From: Pseudothermotoga sp.
GTDB taxonomy: Bacteria; Thermotogota; Thermotogae; Thermotogales; DSM-5069
Direction of reading: 5' to 3'
Assembly (NCBI GenBank): GCA_041640575.1
Contig: JBEPZZ010000053.1
Span: 1-11,982 of the forward strand
DNA length: 11,982 nt
In this document: one piece after another, positions 1-7,440 of the stretch
Layout of the letters: every line of letters starts with the position of its first letter
How positions within the stretch are numbered: position 1 is the stretch's first letter
Made by a program: the position numbers and the translations under genes
The notes under the pieces: model-generated
The model's input: only the letters and a program-made list of their open reading frames with translations
Database searches by the model: none
What the model was told of the DNA's origin: nothing

Positions 1-17
1 CGACGCTCTTCCGATCT
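1..17 (+). other. Illumina TruSeq adapter/sequencing-primer remnant (assembly artefact)
   Basis: CGACGCTCTTCCGATCT is identical to the 3' end of the Illumina read-1 adapter (...ACACGACGCTCTTCCGATCT) and sits at the extreme contig end. Confidence 0.97.
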
Positions 18-19
18 GC

Positions 20-526
20 CCCGGTGTCGAAAGTGTTGGTTTAAACTTGCTTTTGGAAAAGATCGGATTGAGTTTCTTGAAGAGTGGTTGGTATACCGAC
101 CCGAGGATTGGAATAAAAGCTGTTGTGATAGCTGCGACTTGGCAGATGTCAGGTTACGTTATGGCAATGTACCTTGCTGGTATAAGAGGAATACCAACAG
201 AACTGTACGAAGCCGCACAACTTGATGGTGCGACAACTTTTCAAGTTTACAGATATGTTGTTCTTCCTTTACTTAGGCCAATTACGCTTGGTGCTGTGAT
301 TGTTCTTGGACATATTTCTTTGAAGATTTTCGATCTAGTTTTCGCCATGACAGGTAGCGGAATAGGTTTTTCATGTGATGTACCGGCTCTGTTCATGTAC
401 GACACAACTTTTAGAGGCAATTACTTTTCACAAGGTGCCGCAGTAGCAATGATTTTGCTCTTGTCGGTCGCTGCATTAATAATTCCATATTTAGTCTACA
501 GCATGAAAACGGAGGTACAAAGATGA
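20..526 (+). CDS. Carbohydrate ABC transporter permease (CUT1, glucose/mannose GtsB/MalF-like), 5'-truncated
   Basis: The frame is open from the adapter junction ([17 protein letters not shown]...), so TTG 47 is probably not the real start. It has an EAA loop ([11 protein letters not shown]), the [14 protein letters not shown] motif and hydrophobic TM segments. The stop overlaps the next ATG (ATGA 523-526). Confidence 0.93.
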   Translation, partial: PGVESVGLNLLLEKIGLSFLKSGWYTDPRIGIKAVVIAATWQMSGYVMAMYLAGIRGIPTELYEAAQLDGATTFQVYRYVVLPLLRPITLGAVIVLGHISLKIFDLVFAMTGSGIGFSCDVPALFMYDTTFRGNYFSQGAAVAMILLLSVAALIIPYLVYSMKTEVQR

Positions 527-1365
527 ATTGGAAAAGGGTGTTGCTCTACGTCGCTCTCATTCTTTTTGCGGTTTACTACCTCTTACCGGTATATGTACTA
601 CTTGCTACCAGCTTGAAAGATTTCAAAGAGGTTAGCTTGAGAAATATGTGGAACCTTCCAAAAACTTTTAGCTTACAAAGTTTTGTCCAAGCATGGAAAG
701 GTGATTCAAAAAGGGGTTTAAGAGGATTATCGCAAAACTTCATGAATAGTGTTTATTTGGTTGTTCCAGCTACTTTGATATCTGCATTTTTAGGTTCAAT
801 GAACGGTTATGTTTTGACAAAATGGAAATTCAAAGGAGCCGACATAATTTTCCCAGTCCTTCTGTTTGGCATGTTCATCCCATATCAAAGCATTCTTATA
901 CCATTGGTGCAATTTCTCCAGAAAACGAAATTATACGGATCCATACCGGGGCTTATTCTTGTCCATTGTGTTTATGGAATACCGATAACTACTTTGATAT
1001 TCAGAAATTATTATTCAACAATTCCAACATCCATAATTGAAGCTTCGAAAATAGATGGAGCCGGGTTTGGTAGGATATATACAAGTATAATGTTGCCAGT
1101 TTCGATGCCAGCTTTTGCTGTCGTTATGATTTGGCAATTTACCTCAATTTGGAACGATTTTCTGTTTGGACTTATAGTTACACCAAATCCTGCTGTTCAA
1201 CCTATAACAGTTGCATTGAATAACCTTGCCGGAAGTTATTTTGTTGAGTGGAATATCCAAATGGCTGGAGCATTAATCACTGCTTTACCAACATTACTTG
1301 TATACATTTTTCTTGGTAGGTTCTTCATGAGGGGTTTACTTGCAGGAAGTCTTGCTGGAACGTGA
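523..1365 (+). CDS. Carbohydrate ABC transporter permease (CUT1, glucose/mannose GtsC/MalG-like)
   Basis: 280 aa with several TM segments, EAA loop [11 protein letters not shown], and motifs [24 protein letters not shown] and RGLLAGS. RBS GGAGG lies upstream. Confidence 0.95.
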   Translation: MNWKRVLLYVALILFAVYYLLPVYVLLATSLKDFKEVSLRNMWNLPKTFSLQSFVQAWKGDSKRGLRGLSQNFMNSVYLVVPATLISAFLGSMNGYVLTKWKFKGADIIFPVLLFGMFIPYQSILIPLVQFLQKTKLYGSIPGLILVHCVYGIPITTLIFRNYYSTIPTSIIEASKIDGAGFGRIYTSIMLPVSMPAFAVVMIWQFTSIWNDFLFGLIVTPNPAVQPITVALNNLAGSYFVEWNIQMAGALITALPTLLVYIFLGRFFMRGLLAGSLAGT

Positions 1366-1370
1366 TAGCG

Positions 1371-1399
1371 TTGAAAAAGTTTTTGAGTTTTTGTAAAAT
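1371..1399 (+). promoter_or_regulatory. sigma70-type promoter upstream of the DUF1848 gene
   Basis: TTGAAA (1371-1376), 17-bp spacer, TAAAAT (1394-1399). Both boxes match consensus at 5/6 with optimal spacing. Confidence 0.75.
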
Positions 1400-1404
1400 C
1401 AAGA

Positions 1405-1500
1405 GGAAGGTCGCTAAGTTTCAGCCTTTGGTTCAGACACCTACCTGTATAACAAGAAGGCCTGCTGGGTCTTGCTGAATTGTACTTGATTAACGGCGAA
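1405..1500 (+). ncRNA. Candidate structured leader or small RNA, family not recognised
   Basis: Starts at the predicted TSS and is more GC-rich than the other intergenic DNA. Nested complementary segments: TCGCT 1411-15/GGCGA 1495-99, AAGT 1416-19/ACTT 1484-87, TTCAGC 1420-25/GCTGAA 1474-79, AGAC 1435-38/GTCT 1469-72. Confidence 0.35.
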
Positions 1501-1513
1501 TGGAGTGTTTCTC

Positions 1514-2332
1514 ATGATAATCAGCGCAAGTAGAAGAACAGACATACCTGCCTTTTTTTCAGAATGGTTTATGCAAAACTTGAGGAAAGGTTACTTACAA
1601 GTTGCCAATCCCTTCAACTATCGACAAGTTGTGAATGTTTCTCTAAAAAAAGAAGATGTTGATGTGATAGTATTTTGGACAAAGAATCCTGCTCCTTTCT
1701 TGAAGCAACTTGACGATCTTGATGAAATGGGATATCGATATATCTTTCACTTCACTCTCAACGATTATCCGAAAATTTTGGAGCCAAACTTACCAGAACT
1801 TTCAGAGAGAATTCAAATTTTCAAAGTTCTTTCCAATAGAATAGGCCCAGAAAGACTAATTCTTCGTTACGATCCTATAATACTTTCCGATGAATATAAC
1901 TATGAATATCATGAAAAAGCCTTTGAAAAGATCATAAAACAGCTTCGTTACAGCACGAAAATAGTCATCATAAGCTTGCTTGCTGAATACAAAAGCGTGG
2001 TAAAAAGACTTAGCCGATTGAAAATCCATCAATCAAGAGAACTTCTTTCCGAAAGCTCTCTTAGGGAGTTTGCCAAACATCTTGCACAGATTTCAAAATG
2101 TTATGGCTTGGAAATTCAAAGTTGTGCGCTTGAAATTGATTTATCAAAAGAAGGAATTAAAAAAGGTGCTTGCATAGATTTGGATTATCTGAATCAAATC
2201 TTCGATTTGAAGATGTCATTTCCAAAGGATCCTGGTCAAAGGAAAAACTGTGGTTGTGCCTTGAGCAAAGATATAGGAAAATACAACAGCTGCTTGCATA
2301 AGTGCGCTTACTGCTATGCAAATAAAAGTTAG
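1514..2332 (+). CDS. DUF1848 family protein (C-terminal radical-SAM-like Cys cluster)
   Basis: Family-typical N-terminus MIISASRRTDIPAF, plus VFWTKNP, RYDPII and C-terminal CGC...DIGKYNSCLHKCAYCYA. ATG 1514 is preferred over GTG 1505 because GGAG 1502-1505 is 8 nt upstream. Confidence 0.92.
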   Translation: MIISASRRTDIPAFFSEWFMQNLRKGYLQVANPFNYRQVVNVSLKKEDVDVIVFWTKNPAPFLKQLDDLDEMGYRYIFHFTLNDYPKILEPNLPELSERIQIFKVLSNRIGPERLILRYDPIILSDEYNYEYHEKAFEKIIKQLRYSTKIVIISLLAEYKSVVKRLSRLKIHQSRELLSESSLREFAKHLAQISKCYGLEIQSCALEIDLSKEGIKKGACIDLDYLNQIFDLKMSFPKDPGQRKNCGCALSKDIGKYNSCLHKCAYCYANKS

Positions 2333-2345
2333 CATATGGTACAAT
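2316..2345 (+). promoter_or_regulatory. Possible extended -10 promoter for the MATE gene
   Basis: TG-G-TACAAT (2337-2345) with a weak -35 ATGCAA (2316-2321). An AAGGAG RBS follows before TTG 2377. Confidence 0.45.
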
Positions 2346-2376
2346 TTCATCGGCTTAGTCAAAGGAGTGAACAAGG

Positions 2377-3741
2377 TTGGCTAGAGATCTCACACAGGGT
2401 AGCCTCACAAGAAATCTTTTTTACATGGCCTTGCCCACTATGGGCGGTTTCGCTTTGCAAGCACTATACGACATTGTAGACATGTTTTGGATTGGTCGAA
2501 TATCCTCGAAAGCAATAGCTGGCGTAGCTGTTTTTTCTTCCGTTTTCTGGATGATCGAGGTTCTAAATGAGATTATAGGAATAAGCTCTGTGTCATTGAT
2601 CTCCCAAAACTACGGTGCAAAGAATTTTGATAGAACGAATAGGATTATTGAGCAAACGCTTGTTTTCAAAGCATTTGTTGCTGCCATTGCTTCAACCTTG
2701 CTAATAGCTTTTCTTCGTTTGCTAATGCAATTCTTTAGTAATGATCAAGACGTTGTTAACTATGGCCTTCAGTATGGATACTGGCGTAGCTTTTTCATGC
2801 CGATCTTTTTTATGACATACTCAACATACACAGCCATGCGTCAAACTGGTGAGTCGCGTTTACCCACCGTTATAATGGGGACCAGTGCACTTTTGAATGT
2901 CATACTTGATCCGGTATTCATCTTTGATAAAGTTCCCTGGCTTGGAATTAGGGGTTTCGGCATGGGTGTCGCAGGTGCCGCTGTTGCAACAGTTTTATGT
3001 ACGTTTATAGCCTTTTTCTGGGGATTCGCAGTCCTTTTAAAAGGACATGGGCCAGTAAAAATAACCCTGAAAGGTTTGTTTAGACTTGACAAAGAGATAG
3101 ATGTAAAACTTCTTTTGATAGGACTTCCAAGTGGGTTTGAAATGCTGTTGAGAAGTTCATCCAACGCTGTATTGGTAAAGATCCTAGGACTCTACGGTGC
3201 TAACACGTTGGCTGCCGCTGGGGTTGTTAGCAGATTAGTTGGTCTCGCATTCATTCCTTTAATGGGTTTTTCAATGGGTGCGAGTGCTATTGTTGGACAA
3301 AACCTTGGAGCAAACAGAGTCGATCGAGCTGAAAAGACGGTCTGGTTAGCCGCCATCTATGGTTCACTCTTTGTACTTGGGTTTATCGTGTTGGCAAACA
3401 TTTCACCGAAGGTCATCATTGGTTTGTTTTTGCATGATGCCAATGCGATTGTTGAAGGAATTGCTGCTGTGAGGATAGGATCTTGGTCAATGCTATTTGC
3501 TTCTTTTGCAGTATCAATGATGAGTGGCTTCTTTGGTTCAGGCAACACATTGCCCGCAATGTTCGCAAGTGTTGTTGGAAGGTGGTTCGCACAGTTGCCG
3601 TATGTGTTACTAGTTGCCTTAGTTTTTAAACTTCCAAGTGTGTATGTTTGGTATTCTTTTATCGTTGCCGAGTTAGCCGAATTGCTATACGCTTATATCG
3701 TGTTCACGAAAGGTAAGTGGAAATATTATAGAGTTAGTTAA
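2377..3741 (+). CDS. MATE family efflux transporter
   Basis: 454 aa with about 12 hydrophobic segments. Motifs: DLTQGS N-terminus, LYDIVDMFWIGR, SQNYGAKN, LNVILDPVFIF, GMGVAGAAVAT and VGQNLGANR. Confidence 0.96.
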   Translation: MARDLTQGSLTRNLFYMALPTMGGFALQALYDIVDMFWIGRISSKAIAGVAVFSSVFWMIEVLNEIIGISSVSLISQNYGAKNFDRTNRIIEQTLVFKAFVAAIASTLLIAFLRLLMQFFSNDQDVVNYGLQYGYWRSFFMPIFFMTYSTYTAMRQTGESRLPTVIMGTSALLNVILDPVFIFDKVPWLGIRGFGMGVAGAAVATVLCTFIAFFWGFAVLLKGHGPVKITLKGLFRLDKEIDVKLLLIGLPSGFEMLLRSSSNAVLVKILGLYGANTLAAAGVVSRLVGLAFIPLMGFSMGASAIVGQNLGANRVDRAEKTVWLAAIYGSLFVLGFIVLANISPKVIIGLFLHDANAIVEGIAAVRIGSWSMLFASFAVSMMSGFFGSGNTLPAMFASVVGRWFAQLPYVLLVALVFKLPSVYVWYSFIVAELAELLYAYIVFTKGKWKYYRVS

Positions 3742-4293
3742 AACACAATTGATGCGCTTTTTGTGAGATTTTGAACGAGAGTCTGTTCTTCTTTCAAGAT
3801 TGCCAAAATAATTACACCAAGGTTTGTATTTCGATAATGCGTTTGATCAAAATCTTGCATGACACAGCATTGATGCTCCTTATTTTCAAATGTTTAAGTG
3901 TTACCATCTTCTTGCGAGTGTGATGGACTATTATCTGAATTTGCTTGAAATGATTGAGCAATCTGTCAAAAAGGTTTGATTCTTAATGCTGATCTTGGCT
4001 TATAGTGTAAAAAAAATATCTTGCGACCCCCGTGCTATTGATATTGACAATCTATGTGTTTCACAAATAAAGTGTTCTTCATTATGACAATTTCATCAAC
4101 GTTAATTTTCTCTTCCAAAAATCTTTGTTTTATCAACCAAGCTCATACTATGGATATATTCCATAGAAAGATTCAGATCTCTTTTTTATCGTTTTCATAT
4201 TGTTTCCAGAGTAAAAGTTCTTAGGAAACTTTTACTTGAATTCGTGAGATACGAGAGCTTGATTATCCATCATTTTTTGAATTGTCCTTGTAT

Positions 4294-4322
4294 AAAAAAG
4301 CCGGTGCTTTAAAAGCACCGGC
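4294..4322 (-). terminator. Rho-independent terminator of the alkaline phosphatase gene
   Basis: Inverted repeat GCCGGTGCTTT/AAAGCACCGGC (4300-4322) followed on the minus strand by T6 (A6 at 4294-4299), starting about 24 nt after the stop codon. Confidence 0.92.
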
Positions 4323-4345
4323 CAGTTCTTGCTAAACGTCATCTG

Positions 4346-5641
4346 TCACTTAGCGGCAACTGGTTTGGGGAAGCTCAAGGTATTTAAGCCAAGAAGTTTC
4401 ATGATTGTCTTTGCAATATCCGTGTTGTCCATAAATCCAACAAACTGCTCTGCTCCTGGGCCAAAAGCGAAAATTGGTACTGGTCCAGCAGTGTGATCAT
4501 GTGTTGTCCAGCCGATTCTGAGTTTTTTGCTCACGACTTCGGATAGTGCGTTAGCTTTGTTGGAGGCACTTTTGATGTAATTGAATTCCTCCAAAGAGAT
4601 TTCTACACCAAAGAAATCTAAAGCTTCACGTTTAAATGTTTCATAATCGTCAAGTTTGACTTTGCTCAAGAAGCTGTCAGCTGTTCCTTTCACTTTCCTA
4701 GCCTTTTCAACATCGATCATGTAACCACCATTAGAAAGCGATAGTCCACCAGTTTCATGGTCACCGGTAACAACTACAAGTGTGTTTCCATCCCTAGCTG
4801 CAAATTCAATAGCGACTTTAACAGCATTGTCAAACTCAATCATTTCCTTCCATGTCCAGTACACATCATTTACGTGGCAAGCCCAATCAATCTGTGATCC
4901 TTCAACCATTATTATGAACGGTTCACCACTGGCCGAAAGGATCTGCAAAGCTTTTTCCAACATTTCATCGAGTGTTGGTTGTTCAGCTCGACGAACAGGT
5001 ACTGCGTCGAGATGACTTGAGGCAAAAAGAGCTAGCAATTTTTGATTTTGCGTCCCAACAGAGACAAGCTCATTCTTTTTAGTTATGTAAGTGTATCCTG
5101 CTTTTTTCATTTGTTCAATCAAGTTCTTTCCATCAGTTCTCCTACCACCGGCATCAGTCGGCAGGAACCATCCGTATCCACCACCCATTATTACGTCGAT
5201 ACCAGCCGTTGTAAGTTGTTCAGCAAGTGTGAATTCATCATCTCTATTTGCAACATGTCCATAGAAAGCAGCTGGAGTAGCATGCGTGATTCTACAACTG
5301 ACAACTAGACCAGTTTTGAAACCTCGATCTTTAGCGATTTCAATCATGCTTTGGACTATTTCTCCGTTCGGTAGTATTCCAATACTTTTGTTCAACGTTT
5401 TAAAGCCACTTGCAAGAGCTGTTCCAGCAGGTGCCGAGTCAGTTACCCATGAATCGTAAGAATATGTGGTCGAGAGACCAGTGTAGGGCATCTTCATAAT
5501 GTTAAGAATCTTGTTTTCCAAAATACTTGCTAAGACGATTTGATTTGCCGCCATGCCATCGCCAATCATATAGATGAGGTTCAGTGCAAATACCGAAAAG
5601 CTCAAGCTTACCAAAAGTAACACCGTAAGGAACATCTTCAC
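4346..5641 (-). CDS. phoA: Alkaline phosphatase (PhoA family), secreted
   Basis: Motifs IGDGM, TDSAPAGTA (catalytic Ser), THATPA, VEGSQIDWACH, TGDHETGG and HT, plus a Sec-type signal peptide (..SFSVFA). Likely start is GTG 5641 or ATG 5635 after a GGGGGTGG RBS. The longest ORF starts at 5656. Confidence 0.96.
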   Translation of the reverse strand: MKMFLTVLLLVSLSFSVFALNLIYMIGDGMAANQIVLASILENKILNIMKMPYTGLSTTYSYDSWVTDSAPAGTALASGFKTLNKSIGILPNGEIVQSMIEIAKDRGFKTGLVVSCRITHATPAAFYGHVANRDDEFTLAEQLTTAGIDVIMGGGYGWFLPTDAGGRRTDGKNLIEQMKKAGYTYITKKNELVSVGTQNQKLLALFASSHLDAVPVRRAEQPTLDEMLEKALQILSASGEPFIIMVEGSQIDWACHVNDVYWTWKEMIEFDNAVKVAIEFAARDGNTLVVVTGDHETGGLSLSNGGYMIDVEKARKVKGTADSFLSKVKLDDYETFKREALDFFGVEISLEEFNYIKSASNKANALSEVVSKKLRIGWTTHDHTAGPVPIFAFGPGAEQFVGFMDNTDIAKTIMKLLGLNTLSFPKPVAAK

Positions 5642-5679
5642 AAGAACCACCCCCATAGGTTAGCGTTCATCATAAATCT

Positions 5680-5707
5680 ATTCTACAATCATTAAAAACA
5701 TCTGCAA
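5680..5707 (-). promoter_or_regulatory. Putative sigma70 promoter of phoA
   Basis: Minus strand TTGCAG (5707-5702), 16-bp spacer, TAGAAT (5685-5680). Confidence 0.5.
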
Positions 5708-5708
5708 T

Positions 5709-5748
5709 TTTTTTGAAAGAGCTTAAACTTTTCTGAAAGAGTTTAAAC
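5709..5748. repeat. 20-bp tandem direct repeat (2 copies, 18/20 identical), candidate activator site
   Basis: TTTTTTGAAAGAGCTTAAAC / TTTTCTGAAAGAGTTTAAAC, lying immediately upstream of the phoA -35 box. Confidence 0.8.
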
Positions 5749-6230
5749 AAGATAGGACATACAACTTTGATAAGGCAATATTGATAGACTTATCACGAAT
5801 GAATTTGAGGCAATTGAAAAGTAATCTTTCTATTTAGAACCAACGAAAATTTCTATTTGAATCCCATACGCAGCTATTACACATTTTCAAAACGATATTT
5901 ATCTGTGTAGGTTGGTTTTGACCTTGAAGACAAAGTTTTAGACCAAAGAGCTGGTAAACAAACTAAGGAATTCTAAATAGCAATCAAACAATTTGGTATA
6001 ACTATTGCAGATAACGAATAAACGTAACAACCATGTTTCGGTCAAAATGCTTAAGAACTGGCAAGAGAAAGGTGTTTGTGAATTCCAAATGATAACATAT
6101 AACAAAATGTGAATAATAAGCAATAGCTCAATATAAAGAGAAAGGAAGGGAAAATCTTCATATTTTGCTGAATTCTACCCAGAATCCTTACTCTGTTTTT
6201 ATTTTGCCTGATTCTGCCTAATTTCTACAC

Positions 6231-6260
6231 TTGACAACTATCTGGGTAGGCGGATACAAG
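6231..6260 (+). promoter_or_regulatory. Putative promoter of the ROK-ABC operon
   Basis: Perfect -35 TTGACA (6231-6236) and an imperfect -10 TACAAG (6255-6260) at 18-bp spacing. Confidence 0.55.
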
Positions 6261-6285
6261 TTAGTTAGTAAATTTATCTAACTAA
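6261..6285. promoter_or_regulatory. 25-bp palindromic operator, probable ROK repressor binding site
   Basis: TTAGTTAG-TAAATTTAT-CTAACTAA has perfect 8-bp arms and lies between the -10 and the RBS of the ROK gene. It resembles Bacillus XylR-type operators (TTAGTT...AACTAA). Confidence 0.8.
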
Positions 6286-6302
6286 TCGAGGTGAGTTTGC
6301 TT

Positions 6303-7421
6303 TTGACACAGTCAGAAATCTCTGTTATAAAGATCATTCGTGATTCGACCGTTATCTCGAGATCTGAGATAGCTCGCGCTGCAAATTTGACCAAACCAAC
6401 AGTTTCACGAATTGTGGAAAACCTTATTTCCCGGAGTGTTGTTAAACCGATTGCTGTAGGTAAAAGCACCAAAAAGGGCGGGCGCAAACCGATTCTCCTG
6501 AGTTTCAATCCCAGTTACAGGTATGTGGTTTGTCTGGATATTGGGGGTACTAAACTGAGGGCAGCACTGACAAATCTTGAAGGAGAAATTGTTCACTCGA
6601 TTGATGAGTTTACTGGTAATATCGACAGCCAAACTAGCTTAATAAAAAAGATAGTCGAGACTACAAAAAGACTCTACAGGAGAGAACACAAAATACTTGG
6701 CATTGGTATAGGTATCCCAGGAACAGTCGATTCAGCAACAGGTTTCGTCTACTACATACCTTCTTTTGATTTACGAGACATCAATTTAGCACAGGTAGTT
6801 TCAAGAGAACTTGACTATCCCGTTTTCGTTGGGAATGATGTCAATCTAAGTGCATTGGGGGAATTCTGGAAAGGTGCGGCAAAAGGTTTCAAACATGCGT
6901 TACTTGTATCACTTGGAACTGGAACCGGTGCAGGATTGATAATTAACGGGCAGTTATATGAAGGCAAAAAGGGTATGGCTGGCGAAATAGGTTATCTTGT
7001 GACAGATTGGTCCATAGAACGGAATCTTGACTTTAGATTCGGCCCCCTTGAGTATTGGTTTTCTGGGTATTCCTTCAAGCACAAATTGACTGAACTTGGA
7101 AGAAACATAACGGTAAAAGAATTATTCGAAACAGGGTTAAACGATCAGGAACTGAGTAAAATCTTGGTACAAGGCTTGGAACATCTTGCGATCGCTATAG
7201 CTAATGCTATTTGCCTTTTGGATCTTGATGCTGTTGTTATTTCCGGTGGTATAGGTGCTAACCAGTACGAAAAGATAATGAAAGTAATCATGCCAGTAAT
7301 AAATCGTTTAGTACCGAAAGAAATACTTGAGAACGTTGTGTTTAAATGCACGAAACTCGGGGATCTTGGCGCTATTTTAGGAGCTTGTTACTGGGTTCAA
7401 AAAGAAATGTTTGTCATCTAA
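6303..7421 (+). CDS. ROK family transcriptional regulator (HTH plus sugar-sensing domain)
   Basis: N-terminal HTH (ISRSEIARAANLTKPTVSRIV, GGRKP) and ROK motifs DIGGT, GIGIGIPG, NDVNLSALGE, GTGTGAG and AGEIG. TTG 6303 is 9 nt after GAGGTG (6288-6293). The longest ORF starts at GTG 6291. Confidence 0.95.
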   Translation: MTQSEISVIKIIRDSTVISRSEIARAANLTKPTVSRIVENLISRSVVKPIAVGKSTKKGGRKPILLSFNPSYRYVVCLDIGGTKLRAALTNLEGEIVHSIDEFTGNIDSQTSLIKKIVETTKRLYRREHKILGIGIGIPGTVDSATGFVYYIPSFDLRDINLAQVVSRELDYPVFVGNDVNLSALGEFWKGAAKGFKHALLVSLGTGTGAGLIINGQLYEGKKGMAGEIGYLVTDWSIERNLDFRFGPLEYWFSGYSFKHKLTELGRNITVKELFETGLNDQELSKILVQGLEHLAIAIANAICLLDLDAVVISGGIGANQYEKIMKVIMPVINRLVPKEILENVVFKCTKLGDLGAILGACYWVQKEMFVI

Positions 7422-7440
7422 ACCCTAGGGAGGTGAATAT

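Noticed and set aside
1405..1505. Assignment of the leader as tRNA-Sec (GGAAGGTCG start), 6S RNA (CACCTACCTG...AACGGC likeness) or SRP RNA
   Set aside because: No TTCGA T-loop, UCA anticodon arm or CCA end. It is too short for 6S and lacks the large central bubble. It has no SRP helix-8 motif. Kept only as an unassigned candidate.
4202..4229. GTTTCC-N16-GGAAAC resembling the ends of Thermotogae CRISPR repeats
   Set aside because: Single 28-bp copy with no second repeat, no spacer periodicity and no cas genes.
822..5308. Alternative-frame or antisense ORFs 822-1040, 2841-3164, 3357-3548, 4782-5015 and 5042-5308
   Set aside because: All lie fully inside well-supported genes and have no recognisable motifs, as expected of shadow ORFs.
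5938..6123. 61-aa minus-strand ORF in the phoA-ROK spacer
   Set aside because: TTG start with no evident RBS, no motif, and a composition typical of translated AT-rich non-coding DNA.
6219..6240. TAATTTCTAC, like the start of a Cas12a direct repeat
   Set aside because: It lacks the GTAGAT half of the stem, has no array, and runs into the -35 box.
3742..6290. IS element, MITE or prophage flanking phoA
   Set aside because: No transposase or integrase fragment, and no convincing terminal inverted repeats or target-site duplication shared by the two spacers.
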